Source: Candidatus Latescibacterota bacterium | Lineage (GTDB): Bacteria > Latescibacterota > UBA2968 > UBA8231 | Direction of reading: 5' to 3' | DNA: 64,000 nucleotides | NCBI GenBank assembly: GCA_965203175.1 | Contig: OZ241867.1 | Location: forward strand, 1-64,000 | Part shown: one piece after another, positions 48,886-58,429 of the stretch | Position numbering within the stretch: position 1 is the first letter of the stretch | Layout: each line of letters begins with the position of its first letter | Translations under genes and position numbers: made by a program | Notes under the pieces: model-generated | The model's database searches: none | What the model was told of the DNA's origin: nothing | What the model saw: the letters and a program-made list of their open reading frames with translations, nothing else

Positions 48886-50201
48886 TAGTCCTCTTCGTCT
48901 TCCTCCTCGTCCTTCTCCTCGTCCTTTTGCTCCAGTTTGCTGCGAATGAGGCTTGGGTCTTCGGCGACGCGGTCGCCGCTGGCGAGGCCGGAGAGGATTT
49001 CGAGACGGGTTGAGGTCTCAATGCCGATGGCCAATTCCACCTCTGCGAAAGCACTCAGCGGCATTTGCAGCACGCTGTCTAGGCGCGTGCTGTCCGAGCG
49101 CGTACTGTCCGAGTGCGTGCTGTCTGAAGCGGCGGCTAGCGAATCCGGCGACTGGGCGATATACGCGACAAAGCGACCGCGCGTACCCGCGCCGCGCTCG
49201 TCTTCTTCGTCCTCGTCGTCAAAGACCTCCAGCGCCCGCTCGACCGGCAGGTACACCGCGCTGTCGCGGCGCGCAAAGAGAATGTCGATATCGCAGGACA
49301 TGCCCTGGCGCAGACGCGGCGCGTTGTCGGTAATCTCGATCTCCGTGTCAAAGGTGACGATGGTGCTGCCCTGCTTCTGCTGGCCCACGGGCGCAATCCA
49401 GCGCACCCGGCCGCGATACGTGGTGTCGGGATACGCATCCACGATAATGTCCACGTCTTGGTCGATCTCCACCCGGCCAATGTCGATTTCCGCGATGTCG
49501 CCGCGCACGATCATCTGGCTGGGATCGCCGATCTCAAAGAGCATCGTCCCGCCGGAATACGACGAGAGCCCAGAGGACACCACCTCGCCGATTTCCACGT
49601 TGCGGCGGATGACAATGCCGTCAATCGGGGCGAGGACGCGCATCTCGTCGAGCGAGACTTGATCTTCTGAGAGTTGGGTGCGCTGTAGGTTGGCCTTGGC
49701 TTCGAGCATGTCGAGTTCGAGCTGGGCCAAGCGCAGAACAGTGCGCGCGCGCGTCAGGCGCACCTCGGCTTCCTCAAACTGCTTGGCCGGTATCATCTTG
49801 CTGTCGAAGAGGGCCTTCTGACGCTCGAAGTTCCGCTCCTGTTCCGCCAAATCGATCTTGCCCTGCTCCACGCTCGAGCGCTTCTGATACAATTGCAGCG
49901 ATTGATTGGGATCTGGCTCGATGACGGCCATCAGCTCACCGGTCTCCACCCACGCGCCGGCCTCAATGGGCAAGTCGCGGATTTCGCCGGCAATCGTCGA
50001 TTTGACCTCCACGGTCCGCACCAACTCGATGCGGCCTGTTTCGGCCAGCTTATCGACGACCGCGCCTCGCTCGACGAGCGCCGTGGGATATGTTTCTTCG
50101 GCCTTTTCCCGCCGCAAGTTGAAATAGACCGCGGCTCCGACCGAGCCGACCAAGAGCAAGAAGACGAGGAACTTTAGAAGACGGCGCTTCTTGGTTGCCA
50201 C
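48885..50201 (-). CDS. Efflux periplasmic adaptor (MacA/HlyD-like)
   Basis: N-terminal TM, lipoyl-like halves, coiled coil, APIDGIV; GAGG RBS before GTG 50201. Confidence 0.9.
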   Translation of the reverse strand: MATKKRRLLKFLVFLLLVGSVGAAVYFNLRREKAEETYPTALVERGAVVDKLAETGRIELVRTVEVKSTIAGEIRDLPIEAGAWVETGELMAVIEPDPNQSLQLYQKRSSVEQGKIDLAEQERNFERQKALFDSKMIPAKQFEEAEVRLTRARTVLRLAQLELDMLEAKANLQRTQLSEDQVSLDEMRVLAPIDGIVIRRNVEIGEVVSSGLSSYSGGTMLFEIGDPSQMIVRGDIAEIDIGRVEIDQDVDIIVDAYPDTTYRGRVRWIAPVGQQKQGSTIVTFDTEIEITDNAPRLRQGMSCDIDILFARRDSAVYLPVERALEVFDDEDEEDERGAGTRGRFVAYIAQSPDSLAAASDSTHSDSTRSDSTRLDSVLQMPLSAFAEVELAIGIETSTRLEILSGLASGDRVAEDPSLIRSKLEQKDEEKDEEEDEED

Positions 50202-50202
50202 C

Positions 50203-50886
50203 TCAACCTCCGGGGTTGAGGGTGCTGAAGAACGCACCGATGGCGAGGAAGATCAGCGTGATAGCCGCAACGCCCGCATAGGCACGGCTGCGCTCTATCT
50301 GACCGAGGATAGACAACCCGAGGCCGGCGATGACGACCATCCAGACGACAAAGGGATCGATGGAACTCAATAAAGCTCCCCCGAAACTTTTTTGGGCTTC
50401 CTCGGAAAGGAACATCCCCAGCCCTATTTGCACATTCATCGTCTCATTGGCTAAGACCAGCGGAGTCTTGACAACATGCTGGAGAATGGCAATCAGCGAG
50501 GTGTACGCGACGATGGCCAAGCACTGGCTATAGCCGAGCAGGCCGCCGAGTAATTTGCCTACTAAGAGGTATATCGCAGCACCAACAAAGAGCATGACAA
50601 ACGTCATAACCGGTGCGGCAATCAGCGTACTGATCAGGATGGCGTCTTTAGCGCCTTCCATTTCACCGCTTTGTTCTTGCTGCGGCATCTGTTCCATCGC
50701 CTCAGCCACGTAGATCGGCGAGGTTACATACGTGGAGAAGAAGACTACCATTGCCACTACAATGGTCGGCACCAGCCAGTCGGCGACACTGCGCTGCTTG
50801 CTTACGGCCTCAAAGGTCTCGGATGGAGCGTAGAAGACGCGCAACATGCGGCCTGCAACGCTCATTTCTGCTTGGGGAGCTTCCAT
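50203..50886 (-). CDS. Yip1-domain membrane protein
   Basis: VFYAPSETF, five TM segments, IDPF; usual partner of MacAB-like operons. Confidence 0.8.
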   Translation of the reverse strand: MEAPQAEMSVAGRMLRVFYAPSETFEAVSKQRSVADWLVPTIVVAMVVFFSTYVTSPIYVAEAMEQMPQQEQSGEMEGAKDAILISTLIAAPVMTFVMLFVGAAIYLLVGKLLGGLLGYSQCLAIVAYTSLIAILQHVVKTPLVLANETMNVQIGLGMFLSEEAQKSFGGALLSSIDPFVVWMVVIAGLGLSILGQIERSRAYAGVAAITLIFLAIGAFFSTLNPGG

Positions 50887-51010
50887 GGCGGTTCCTTTGT
50901 GGGGGTGAAGGTTTTTCGCCGCTAGCGGCGAAGGCTCCGTTCATAGAAGCAAACTAACGATTGCCCATCACAGTTCCAAGCCGAGTCTCAGAGGACCGTC
51001 AACGAATCCG

Positions 51011-52000
51011 CTACAGCCACTGCAATAAAAACCGAGCCTGTGTCTCCTCTAGACTTAGCAGACCCTGGACGTACTCGCGGATTCGCTTCAGCATGGCTGC
51101 CGGGTCGTTGTACGCTCCCTTGAAGAACAAGTCGCAGGTCACTTCCCAACGCCGGCCTATATCCCCAAAGGCATCGGCCGCAGCCGACAGGGCACCCAAG
51201 CCGGTTGCCGCCGCCAGCCGCCGCAAATTGTCGTCCAGCCGCTGGCGCTGCGGGCCGAGTAGGGCCAGCTGACAGAACACCTCCCGCATCCAAACGCTCA
51301 TACTCTCTTCGTCCTGTTCAATCTGACGCTCCATCTCCTCGACAAAGCGCTGCGCGGCCGGCAAGCCCGTCTCTACTCGGCCGACCTTGTTGCCCGCGAG
51401 CATCTCCCGCACATCCTCCAAGAGGACCTGCTCCATTTTCTCAACTGGATAGGGGTCGAGACCCTCTGGCACTGCGTAGTCGTACACCACCAGTTCGGGC
51501 AACATCTCGGGCAGACGAGAAAGCGGTACCTGCCCCACAAAGCCCTGCGGATTAACCAAAATCGTCAACTTATCCGTCGCTTGATCGTATCCATAGATGA
51601 GCATGGCCTCGCTGGCACCGGGTGTGCGATTGTATTGAAAGGCCGCATCGCTCACATCGCGGGCATCCACCCAAGCGAGCAGCACTCGGTCTGCGGCAAT
51701 CGACTCCTCAATCGCCTGCCACAAATCGGCAAAATTGTCGCGGCGCACCTCGCGGCGCTCAATTCCATAGAGATAGTACAAGTTGCGGTGGATCAACTCA
51801 TTGGCCGGTAGGCCAACTGGCATTCTCTCCTCGGCGTCAAAAAAGAACGACCAGCCCATCAAAGCCCCGTAGTACGCTCGCTCGTCGGCCAGTTGGGGAC
51901 TGTAGTATTGAAGCGCGGCCATAATAGTCTCCCCAGAGGCAAATAACGTGGGATGCCCTTCGACTCGGTATAGATCGACAGGGCGGCGTACCTTTTTCAC
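51011..52000 (-). CDS. BtrH-N/DUF4872-like papain-fold protein, apparently lacking catalytic Cys/His
   Basis: IEESIAADRVLLAWVD, MLIYGYD, TGLPA motifs; GAGG RBS before GTG. Confidence 0.55.
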   Translation of the reverse strand: MKKVRRPVDLYRVEGHPTLFASGETIMAALQYYSPQLADERAYYGALMGWSFFFDAEERMPVGLPANELIHRNLYYLYGIERREVRRDNFADLWQAIEESIAADRVLLAWVDARDVSDAAFQYNRTPGASEAMLIYGYDQATDKLTILVNPQGFVGQVPLSRLPEMLPELVVYDYAVPEGLDPYPVEKMEQVLLEDVREMLAGNKVGRVETGLPAAQRFVEEMERQIEQDEESMSVWMREVFCQLALLGPQRQRLDDNLRRLAAATGLGALSAAADAFGDIGRRWEVTCDLFFKGAYNDPAAMLKRIREYVQGLLSLEETQARFLLQWL

Positions 52001-52106
52001 GGTATCCTCAATTGGTTAGAAGGTGAGTTGCCGAAGTCAGAGCAAGGCGCACGTACAGAGTGGTCTAAAAAGGACTTCTGCTCTAAACAGCGGATGGGAT
52101 GATAAT

Positions 52107-52398
52107 GAGCAAGTCGCCTTGGGCCGAGGCGGGCTTGCACCGCGCCTCCAAGCGTGAACATGCCCCATCTCCTTCGGAGAAGGGGAACAGGCGGCCCCCT
52201 CGGGGGCCGGGCCATGTTCAACATTCCCTGCAGAGTGCAGCGATGTTTCTACCTATTCGCCAAGGCAGAAGGGAGCGACCCTTCGCCGGGTATCGGCTAT
52301 TGTATTCAGCAGATGACCCGACTAAGCGGGATCTGCAAGGAATGCTGAACACTCTGAAGATAGGGGGAGATAGCCGCTGGCGACAAGGCAAACTTGCT
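52107..52398 (+). ncRNA. Unidentified highly structured RNA candidate (~290 nt)
   Basis: Complementary ends and many internal helices; most G-U pairs favour the + strand; no convincing ORF. Confidence 0.5.
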
Positions 52399-52411
52399 TT
52401 GCGATGGGCAC

Positions 52412-52441
52412 AAAAAAAACCAGCCCCGCAAAGGGGCTGGT
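52412..52441 (-). terminator. Intrinsic terminator of the ABC-ABC-DUF1854 operon
   Basis: On minus strand CCAGCCCC-TTTGC-GGGGCTGG followed by T8, about 27 nt after the stop. Confidence 0.85.
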
Positions 52442-52467
52442 CAGCATACTACAACGGCGAGCGCTAG

Positions 52468-52998
52468 TCAGACGACCTGCTCGACTGCTGCTAAACTCTT
52501 CTTGTCCAGTTCGTCGAGGCGCGGAATTTCAAAGCGGTTGCCATCGACATCGGTGATCAGCAGCCGGTGGTCGCCGAGCCATTGGGCGTTTTCCGAGACG
52601 TTCTGGACGACGAACTCGCGCGAACCGCGGTCGGTCTGCACATCCCAATAAGAGGTGCCGTATTCGTTGCGCACCGCATTGACCCGCTGAATCGCCGCCG
52701 TCAAATAGCGGCGGTCCAGCTCCTCCTCGATCAAGGCGCGCGCCTCTAAGTCGAGCTGTTTGAGATCGTCGATCATGCAGATCTCCTCGTCTTTGGCGTC
52801 GAGGAGACAGATATAGCGGGTCGGGTGGGACAGTGGCGCGGCGCGGACGACCTTCACCTTCAGGTACGAGCGGTCGCCGTCGATGGTCAAGCGCAATATC
52901 CAAGCCGGCTCGCGGAAGAGGCGCAGCTTGTCGATTTCGACGTGCTCGGGGTGAGTCACGGAAATCGGGGTAATCGCTAGTTTTTTGTCATCTGTCAT
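52468..52998 (-). CDS. DUF1854 domain protein
   Basis: VRAAPLSHP, EEELDRRY, WDVQTDRG, ITDVDGNRFEI. Confidence 0.85.
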   Translation of the reverse strand: MTDDKKLAITPISVTHPEHVEIDKLRLFREPAWILRLTIDGDRSYLKVKVVRAAPLSHPTRYICLLDAKDEEICMIDDLKQLDLEARALIEEELDRRYLTAAIQRVNAVRNEYGTSYWDVQTDRGSREFVVQNVSENAQWLGDHRLLITDVDGNRFEIPRLDELDKKSLAAVEQVV

Positions 52999-53012
52999 TG
53001 CGTCTTTCCTCA

Positions 53013-55223
53013 CTAGCCGCTAGTGGCCATCACCGCCGATGTCTCGCGTTGGGTCTTTACCAGATTGTAGAAAATGCCCTCGCGCGCCATCAGTTCCTCG
53101 TGCGTGCCAATTTCGGCTATTTTGCCCGCGTCGAGCACCACGAGACGATCGGCGCTGCGCAGCGTCGAGAGCCGGTGGGCAATGGCGAAGGTCGTGCGGC
53201 CTTTGACCAGCCGCTGAATCGCCTCTTGGATCTTTTTTTCGGTCGGCGTGTCGAGCGACGAAGTCGCCTCGTCTAAGATCAGGATCCTCGGGTCGTGGAG
53301 AATGGCTCGCGCAATGGAAATGCGCTGCTTCTCGCCGCCGGCGAGCTTGTCGCCCTGCTCCCCGACGACCATGTCGTACCCGTCGGGGTGTTTGATGATG
53401 AACTCGTGGGCGTTGGCCGCGCGGGCCGCGCGCAGAATCTCGTCAAACGTGGCACCCGGTTTGCCGTACGCAATGTTTTCGGCAATCGTGCCGTTGAACA
53501 AAAACGACTGCTGGGCCACCATGCCGATCTGCGAGCGCAGGTCGCGCAGGCGAATGTTGCGGATATCGACTCCGTCGATAGCGAGGCGGCCGTGCGAGAC
53601 ATCGTAAAAGCGCGTGATTAGGTTGATCAGCGTGCTCTTGCCCGCCCCGGACTTGCCGACTAGACCGATCATCTCGCCTGGCTGCACCACCAAGTCGAGG
53701 TCGCGCAGAACGATCTTGCCCGGGTCGTAGCCAAAGGCCGCGCCCTCAAAAATGATCTCACCCTTAAGCGCGGGCGCGCGCTGGGCGCTGGGATGGTCAA
53801 ACGGCTCGGAGGGCGCATCGACGATTTCAAAGATGCGCTCGGCACCGGCGAAGGCCCGCACCATGAAGCTGTAGAAATCGCCAAACCACTTGAGCGGGTG
53901 GTAGAGCATCCACAGATAGGCGATAAAGGCCATCAACTCGCCCAGCGACAGGTCGCCGCCAACGATCTGCTGACCGCCGAAATACCACACGAAGAACCCG
54001 CCAAAACTCATGAAGAAGTTGGTCACCATGAAGAAGACCAACCAAGAGCGCTCCGCGCTGACGCTAATTTGGCGCAGGGCGTGGTTGCGCTGATCAAAGC
54101 GCTCGGACTCGCGGTGCTCTTGCGCGAAAGCCTTGACCACGCGGATGCCGGAGATCGATTCGTTGAGATGCGTAGTAAGCCGCGACCAGCGCGCCGACCA
54201 ACGATCCCAGAAGCGCTGCAGGCGATTCCAGATGAGGCTCGAGCCAATGACAATCGGCGGCACTGGGGCCAGCACGTACAGGGTCAACTCCCAGTTCATG
54301 TAGAACAGCAGCCCCAAGATACCGACGATCATCGCGGCATTGGAGACGATATAGGGCATGTCAAAGAGCAGATAGTCTTCGACCATCTCCGAGTCGTTGT
54401 TCATGCGCGAGATCAAGGCACCGACCTTGCGCTTGTCGTAGAAGCGCAGGGGCAGGTACTGGAGTGCTTTGAACAAATCCGTGCGCAAGTGCTCGATGGC
54501 GCGGAAGCCGACCCGGACATTGAGCCAGCGGCGCACCACGCCAACGCACCACTCGACAACGCCAATCACAAAAAGTCCGCCGACCAACCAGTAGAGTAGG
54601 TTGGCTTCCGTGCCGGGAACGAGCACGTCGTCGATGAGATGCTTAACGATATAGGGCGGAGCCAACTCCAAAAGCGAGGATAACACGGTCAGGCCCAACA
54701 ACAAGGCTAGCTGAAACCGATAGGGCAGCATGTAGCCAATGAGGCGCTTAAAGGTATCGAATTTGGCGATGCAGACCGGGCATATCCCGCCTATTTCGGG
54801 CAGGCGGCGCCCGCATTGCTCACAGTGCGTGCGATCCAACTCGTGGGGCAGATTGAGATCCTGGCCCTCTTTGAGCTGTTCGATGCCCTCGGCCACCTCG
54901 GCGAATTTGGGCGCTAGTGAATTGGAGTAGTACAGATGCGTCGGTGCGCCTTCTTCGCGCTCCAATTCCAAGCGCCCACCGCCGACTAGCGCCTCGATGC
55001 GCGCGGATTTGACCGCTTGCAGCGAAAACTCCACGTCGCCGCTCGCGCCGTTGGGATCGAGGACCATCAGGCGCTTCGACGTTACGATCAACCAGCGCTG
55101 CTCAAAGCGATCCTCACCAGCCATATCCGTGGCAACCTGGATCAAGACTGGCTCCTCGCGACTCTTGCGCGAGTGGACTTTGGCCTCGACGGCGTGCGGC
55201 AGATTTTCCAAAAAGGTGGACAT
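53013..55223 (-). CDS. ABC exporter (TMD+NBD) with N-terminal extension and CxxC..CxxC motif
   Basis: CEQCGRRLPEIGGICPVC; GKSGAGKST; degenerate signature LAGGE; ILDEATSS. Confidence 0.92.
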   Translation of the reverse strand: MSTFLENLPHAVEAKVHSRKSREEPVLIQVATDMAGEDRFEQRWLIVTSKRLMVLDPNGASGDVEFSLQAVKSARIEALVGGGRLELEREEGAPTHLYYSNSLAPKFAEVAEGIEQLKEGQDLNLPHELDRTHCEQCGRRLPEIGGICPVCIAKFDTFKRLIGYMLPYRFQLALLLGLTVLSSLLELAPPYIVKHLIDDVLVPGTEANLLYWLVGGLFVIGVVEWCVGVVRRWLNVRVGFRAIEHLRTDLFKALQYLPLRFYDKRKVGALISRMNNDSEMVEDYLLFDMPYIVSNAAMIVGILGLLFYMNWELTLYVLAPVPPIVIGSSLIWNRLQRFWDRWSARWSRLTTHLNESISGIRVVKAFAQEHRESERFDQRNHALRQISVSAERSWLVFFMVTNFFMSFGGFFVWYFGGQQIVGGDLSLGELMAFIAYLWMLYHPLKWFGDFYSFMVRAFAGAERIFEIVDAPSEPFDHPSAQRAPALKGEIIFEGAAFGYDPGKIVLRDLDLVVQPGEMIGLVGKSGAGKSTLINLITRFYDVSHGRLAIDGVDIRNIRLRDLRSQIGMVAQQSFLFNGTIAENIAYGKPGATFDEILRAARAANAHEFIIKHPDGYDMVVGEQGDKLAGGEKQRISIARAILHDPRILILDEATSSLDTPTEKKIQEAIQRLVKGRTTFAIAHRLSTLRSADRLVVLDAGKIAEIGTHEELMAREGIFYNLVKTQRETSAVMATSG

Positions 55224-55230
55224 GGATGGT

Positions 55231-57459
55231 CTATTCCTTAATGGCGATGATCTCCGCCACCTCTCTTTGCAAATTGACCAACTCGTAAAAGGTCCCCTGC
55301 TTCGCCATTAGCTCCGCGTGCGTCCCCGACTCGACGATGCGACCGTCGTCTAGCACCATCAGCCGGTCGGCGTTGCGCAGAGTCGAAAGGCGGTGGGCAA
55401 TGGCCACGGTGGTGCGCCCCTCGACGAGCCGCTGAATCGCCTCCTGAATCTGCAACTCGGTCTCCACATCGACCGAGGCAGTGGCTTCGTCGAGGATCAA
55501 CACGCGGGGGTTGTGGAGGATAGCGCGGGCAATGGAGACGCGCTGGCGCTCCCCGCCCGAAAGCCCGGCCCCCTTCTCCCCGACTTGGGTCTCATAGCCA
55601 TCGGGCTTGGCCATGATGAAGTTGTGGGCGTTGGCTGCGCGAGCGGCCGCCATGATGTCCGCAAAGGAGGAGCCGGGCCGGCCGTAGCCGATGTTCTCGG
55701 CAATGGTGCCAGAAAAAAGCACCGGCTCCTGTAGCACGATGCCGATCTGCGAGCGCAAGTCGCGCAGGGCGATGTGGCGGATGTCGATCCCGTCGATCGC
55801 AATGGACCCGTAATCGACGTCGTAGAAGCGGGCGATGAGATTGACAGTCGTCGTCTTGCCGACTCCGGACTTGCCCACGAGGCCGATCATCTCGCCCGGC
55901 TGGATGTCCAAGTCAAAATCCTTCAGCACGGGCTTGCTCTTGTCGTAACCAAAGGTGACGCCCTCGAAGCGAATGCCCCCTTTCATCCGCGGCACCCGCT
56001 TTGCGGTCGGGTCCTCGTACGCCTCGGGCTTGGTGTCGATGACCTCGAAGATGCGCTCGGCCCCGGCAAAAGCCCGCGACATCCAAGAATTGACTTGGCC
56101 GAACCACTCCAAGGGGCCGTAAAACAGCCACATATACGAGTAAAAGGCCAACAGCGTGCCCAAGGTCATCTTGCCGCCGAGGACCTGTAGCCCGCCGAGC
56201 AGCCAGACGACCAAGACGCCCAAACCCGTCAAAAACGTGATGGTAGCGAAGAACACGCCGCGATTTACCGCGGTCTTTTCGGCGACTTCGCGCAGCCGGC
56301 CGTTGGGCTTGGCAAAGGCCGCTATTTCCCGGCCCTCTTGGGCAAACGCCTTGACCACGCGGATGCCGGAAAGCGTCTCCACCGTGCGCTCGGTCAGACC
56401 AGACCAGACTTGGCCCCACTTGACGAAAAACCCGCGCAGCCGTCGCCAAAAAATCACTCCCCACAGCATGATCAGCGGCACGGGTATCAACACGTACAGG
56501 CTCAACGACCAACTCATCCAAAACAGAAACCCGAGGATGCCGAAGACCATCAGGCCATTGATGACGATATAGGGCAGGCCATCGACGAGGAAGTCCTGCA
56601 ACATGCCGGCGTCGCGGGTGGCCCGCGAGATGAGGGAGCCGACCTTGCGCTTGTCGTAAAACTGCAAGGACAGCATTTCTAAGCGGCGATAGAGGTTTGA
56701 GCGAATGTCCGCGGTGAGTTGCGCGCCGAGCCAAGTCGCAATCCAGCCGTGGGCCCATTCGGCGACCCACGCCGAGAAGCGGACGCCGACCAAGGCCACG
56801 ACGAACAGACCCAAGAGATGGATGCGCTCGTCAAATCCCGTGGCTTGGCCCTCCACCGGGACCAACACCTCATCGACGATGCGCTTAGTAATCAGCGGTG
56901 GGGCCAGCTCCGCAGCCGTGGTGGCGATGGAGGCAAAGGCCAAGACGCCCGCCTTGAGCTTGTACGGGCCGAGATAGCTGGCGATGCGCTTGAGGGTCGC
57001 CAGTTTTTTGATACACGCCGGACAGATGCCGTTTTTCTCCGGCAAGAGCCGGTCGCAGCGCTCGCAGCGAGTCCGGTCCAAGAGTCCATTGATGGCAAAG
57101 GGCTGACCTTGACGCAACTGCTCCAAGCCCCGCGCCACCTCGGACATTTTTTCGGCCTGCGAGCTGGTGTAGCTCAGCGACAAGGCCGACGCATCCACGC
57201 GCTCAATCTCCAACTGGCCACCGCCGACGAGCGCGGCGGTGCGCACCTCGGCCAGCGCGGCGAGTGGAATATCGACGACCTCGCCCTGAGTGGGTACGAC
57301 GAGAACCCGGCGCGGAGTGGCCACCAGCCACTGGCGACCAAAGCGCCCGTCCGCGGCCAAATCCGTAGAAGCGCGGATTAGCACCTCTTCCTCAGCGGGC
57401 AGGGCGGCGGCAATCCGCGCAGTCGCGGTTGCGTCGGCTGATTCTAGCAGTTTTTGCAC
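55231..57459 (-). CDS. ABC exporter (TMD+NBD) with N-terminal extension and CxxC..CxxC motif
   Basis: CERCDRLLPEKNGICPAC; GKSGVGKTT; LSGGE; ILDEATAS. Confidence 0.92.
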   Translation of the reverse strand: MQKLLESADATATARIAAALPAEEEVLIRASTDLAADGRFGRQWLVATPRRVLVVPTQGEVVDIPLAALAEVRTAALVGGGQLEIERVDASALSLSYTSSQAEKMSEVARGLEQLRQGQPFAINGLLDRTRCERCDRLLPEKNGICPACIKKLATLKRIASYLGPYKLKAGVLAFASIATTAAELAPPLITKRIVDEVLVPVEGQATGFDERIHLLGLFVVALVGVRFSAWVAEWAHGWIATWLGAQLTADIRSNLYRRLEMLSLQFYDKRKVGSLISRATRDAGMLQDFLVDGLPYIVINGLMVFGILGFLFWMSWSLSLYVLIPVPLIMLWGVIFWRRLRGFFVKWGQVWSGLTERTVETLSGIRVVKAFAQEGREIAAFAKPNGRLREVAEKTAVNRGVFFATITFLTGLGVLVVWLLGGLQVLGGKMTLGTLLAFYSYMWLFYGPLEWFGQVNSWMSRAFAGAERIFEVIDTKPEAYEDPTAKRVPRMKGGIRFEGVTFGYDKSKPVLKDFDLDIQPGEMIGLVGKSGVGKTTTVNLIARFYDVDYGSIAIDGIDIRHIALRDLRSQIGIVLQEPVLFSGTIAENIGYGRPGSSFADIMAAARAANAHNFIMAKPDGYETQVGEKGAGLSGGERQRVSIARAILHNPRVLILDEATASVDVETELQIQEAIQRLVEGRTTVAIAHRLSTLRNADRLMVLDDGRIVESGTHAELMAKQGTFYELVNLQREVAEIIAIKE

Positions 57460-57618
57460 TCTTGTGCCTTAGCAAGAAAACTGCGGGAGTAACCCCGCAA
57501 AACAGGTTGACTCAACCTTGAAAAAGCTACTCTTGGCGCTTGGACAATAGCAAGGGGAAACTCCCGGTTGTGGACAATCGCTTTGCCAATCCGCTCTTAT
57601 CCTTACATTATAGGGTCT

Positions 57619-58416
57619 ATGACCGCTATGACCGCAGACCAAAAGACACTGGTGTCCTCGCCTTGCAAAAAGCGCGATCAGCAGCTAGCGCACTACCTCC
57701 GCGACCTAGCCCTGGAGCAGATGCCCGCCGAGGATCTTTTGCGCTGGGCCAGCGAGACCTTTCCCGGCCGGGCCGTACTCAACACCAGCTTCCAGTACAC
57801 CGGCGTGGCGATGATCCACATGGCGACGTCCATGGGGCTGAATTTGCGCTTTGCCACCATCGACACCCTCCGGCTCCATCCCGAGACGTACGCCTTTATG
57901 GAGAAAGTCAAAGCGCGCTACGGCTGCCGCTTCGAGGTTGTCCAGCCCAAGCGCGGCGATGTCGAGCGGATGGTCGCGCGCCACGGCGAGTATTTGTTTT
58001 TCGATTCCAAGGAAAAACAGGAGCACTGCTGCCAAGTGCGGAAGGAATGGCCCAACAACGCGCTGTTGCAGACCGCCGACTGCTGGATTTCGGGACAGCG
58101 CTGGGACCAGTCCGAGCATCGCCAGCAGACGGCCAAGAAGATGGCCTTGATTGACGAGTACAGCACCCGGCGCAAAATACTCAAGCTCAACCCATTGGTC
58201 GATTGGAGCGAAGAGGCGCTGATGGAGTTTACGCGGGCAAACGACTTGCCAGTGCATCCGCTCTACGGCCAAGGCTACCCGAGCTTTGGCTGCATCATTT
58301 GCTCCACCCCGATCCGGCCCGACGAACCCAAGCGCAACGGTCGCTGGCGTTGGTTCAACGAACAAGCCGACGTCGCGGATGACCACAAAGAGTGCGGGCT
58401 GCACTACAACATCTGA
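57619..58416 (+). CDS. cysH: Assimilatory adenylylsulfate (APS) reductase, CysH family, Fe-S type
   Basis: IDTLRLHPETY, CCQVRK, KLNPL, GYPSFGCIICS, GRW, KECGLH. Confidence 0.9.
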   Translation: MTAMTADQKTLVSSPCKKRDQQLAHYLRDLALEQMPAEDLLRWASETFPGRAVLNTSFQYTGVAMIHMATSMGLNLRFATIDTLRLHPETYAFMEKVKARYGCRFEVVQPKRGDVERMVARHGEYLFFDSKEKQEHCCQVRKEWPNNALLQTADCWISGQRWDQSEHRQQTAKKMALIDEYSTRRKILKLNPLVDWSEEALMEFTRANDLPVHPLYGQGYPSFGCIICSTPIRPDEPKRNGRWRWFNEQADVADDHKECGLHYNI

Positions 58417-58429
58417 GAAAAATCGAGCA

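Noticed and set aside
49074-49126. 15-bp tandem repeats (DSTHS/DSTRS/DSTRL) in the adaptor gene
   Set aside because: Low-complexity in-frame linker; no sign of phase variation
50915-50932. Perfect 18-bp palindrome TTCGCCGCTAGCGGCGAA upstream of the Yip1 gene
   Set aside because: Single instance; cannot tell operator from hairpin, and no U-tract on the coding strand
52033-52084. RNase P-like GAGCAGAAGTCC (minus) and group II intron-like CGCACGTAC
   Set aside because: Partial matches only; RNase P CR-V and the intron domain V 5' arm are missing
52384-52420. c-di-GMP-I riboswitch-like GGCAAAC...GGG.CACAAA
   Set aside because: No GNRA-capped P2 or P3, no downstream gene on that strand; the A-run belongs to the minus-strand terminator
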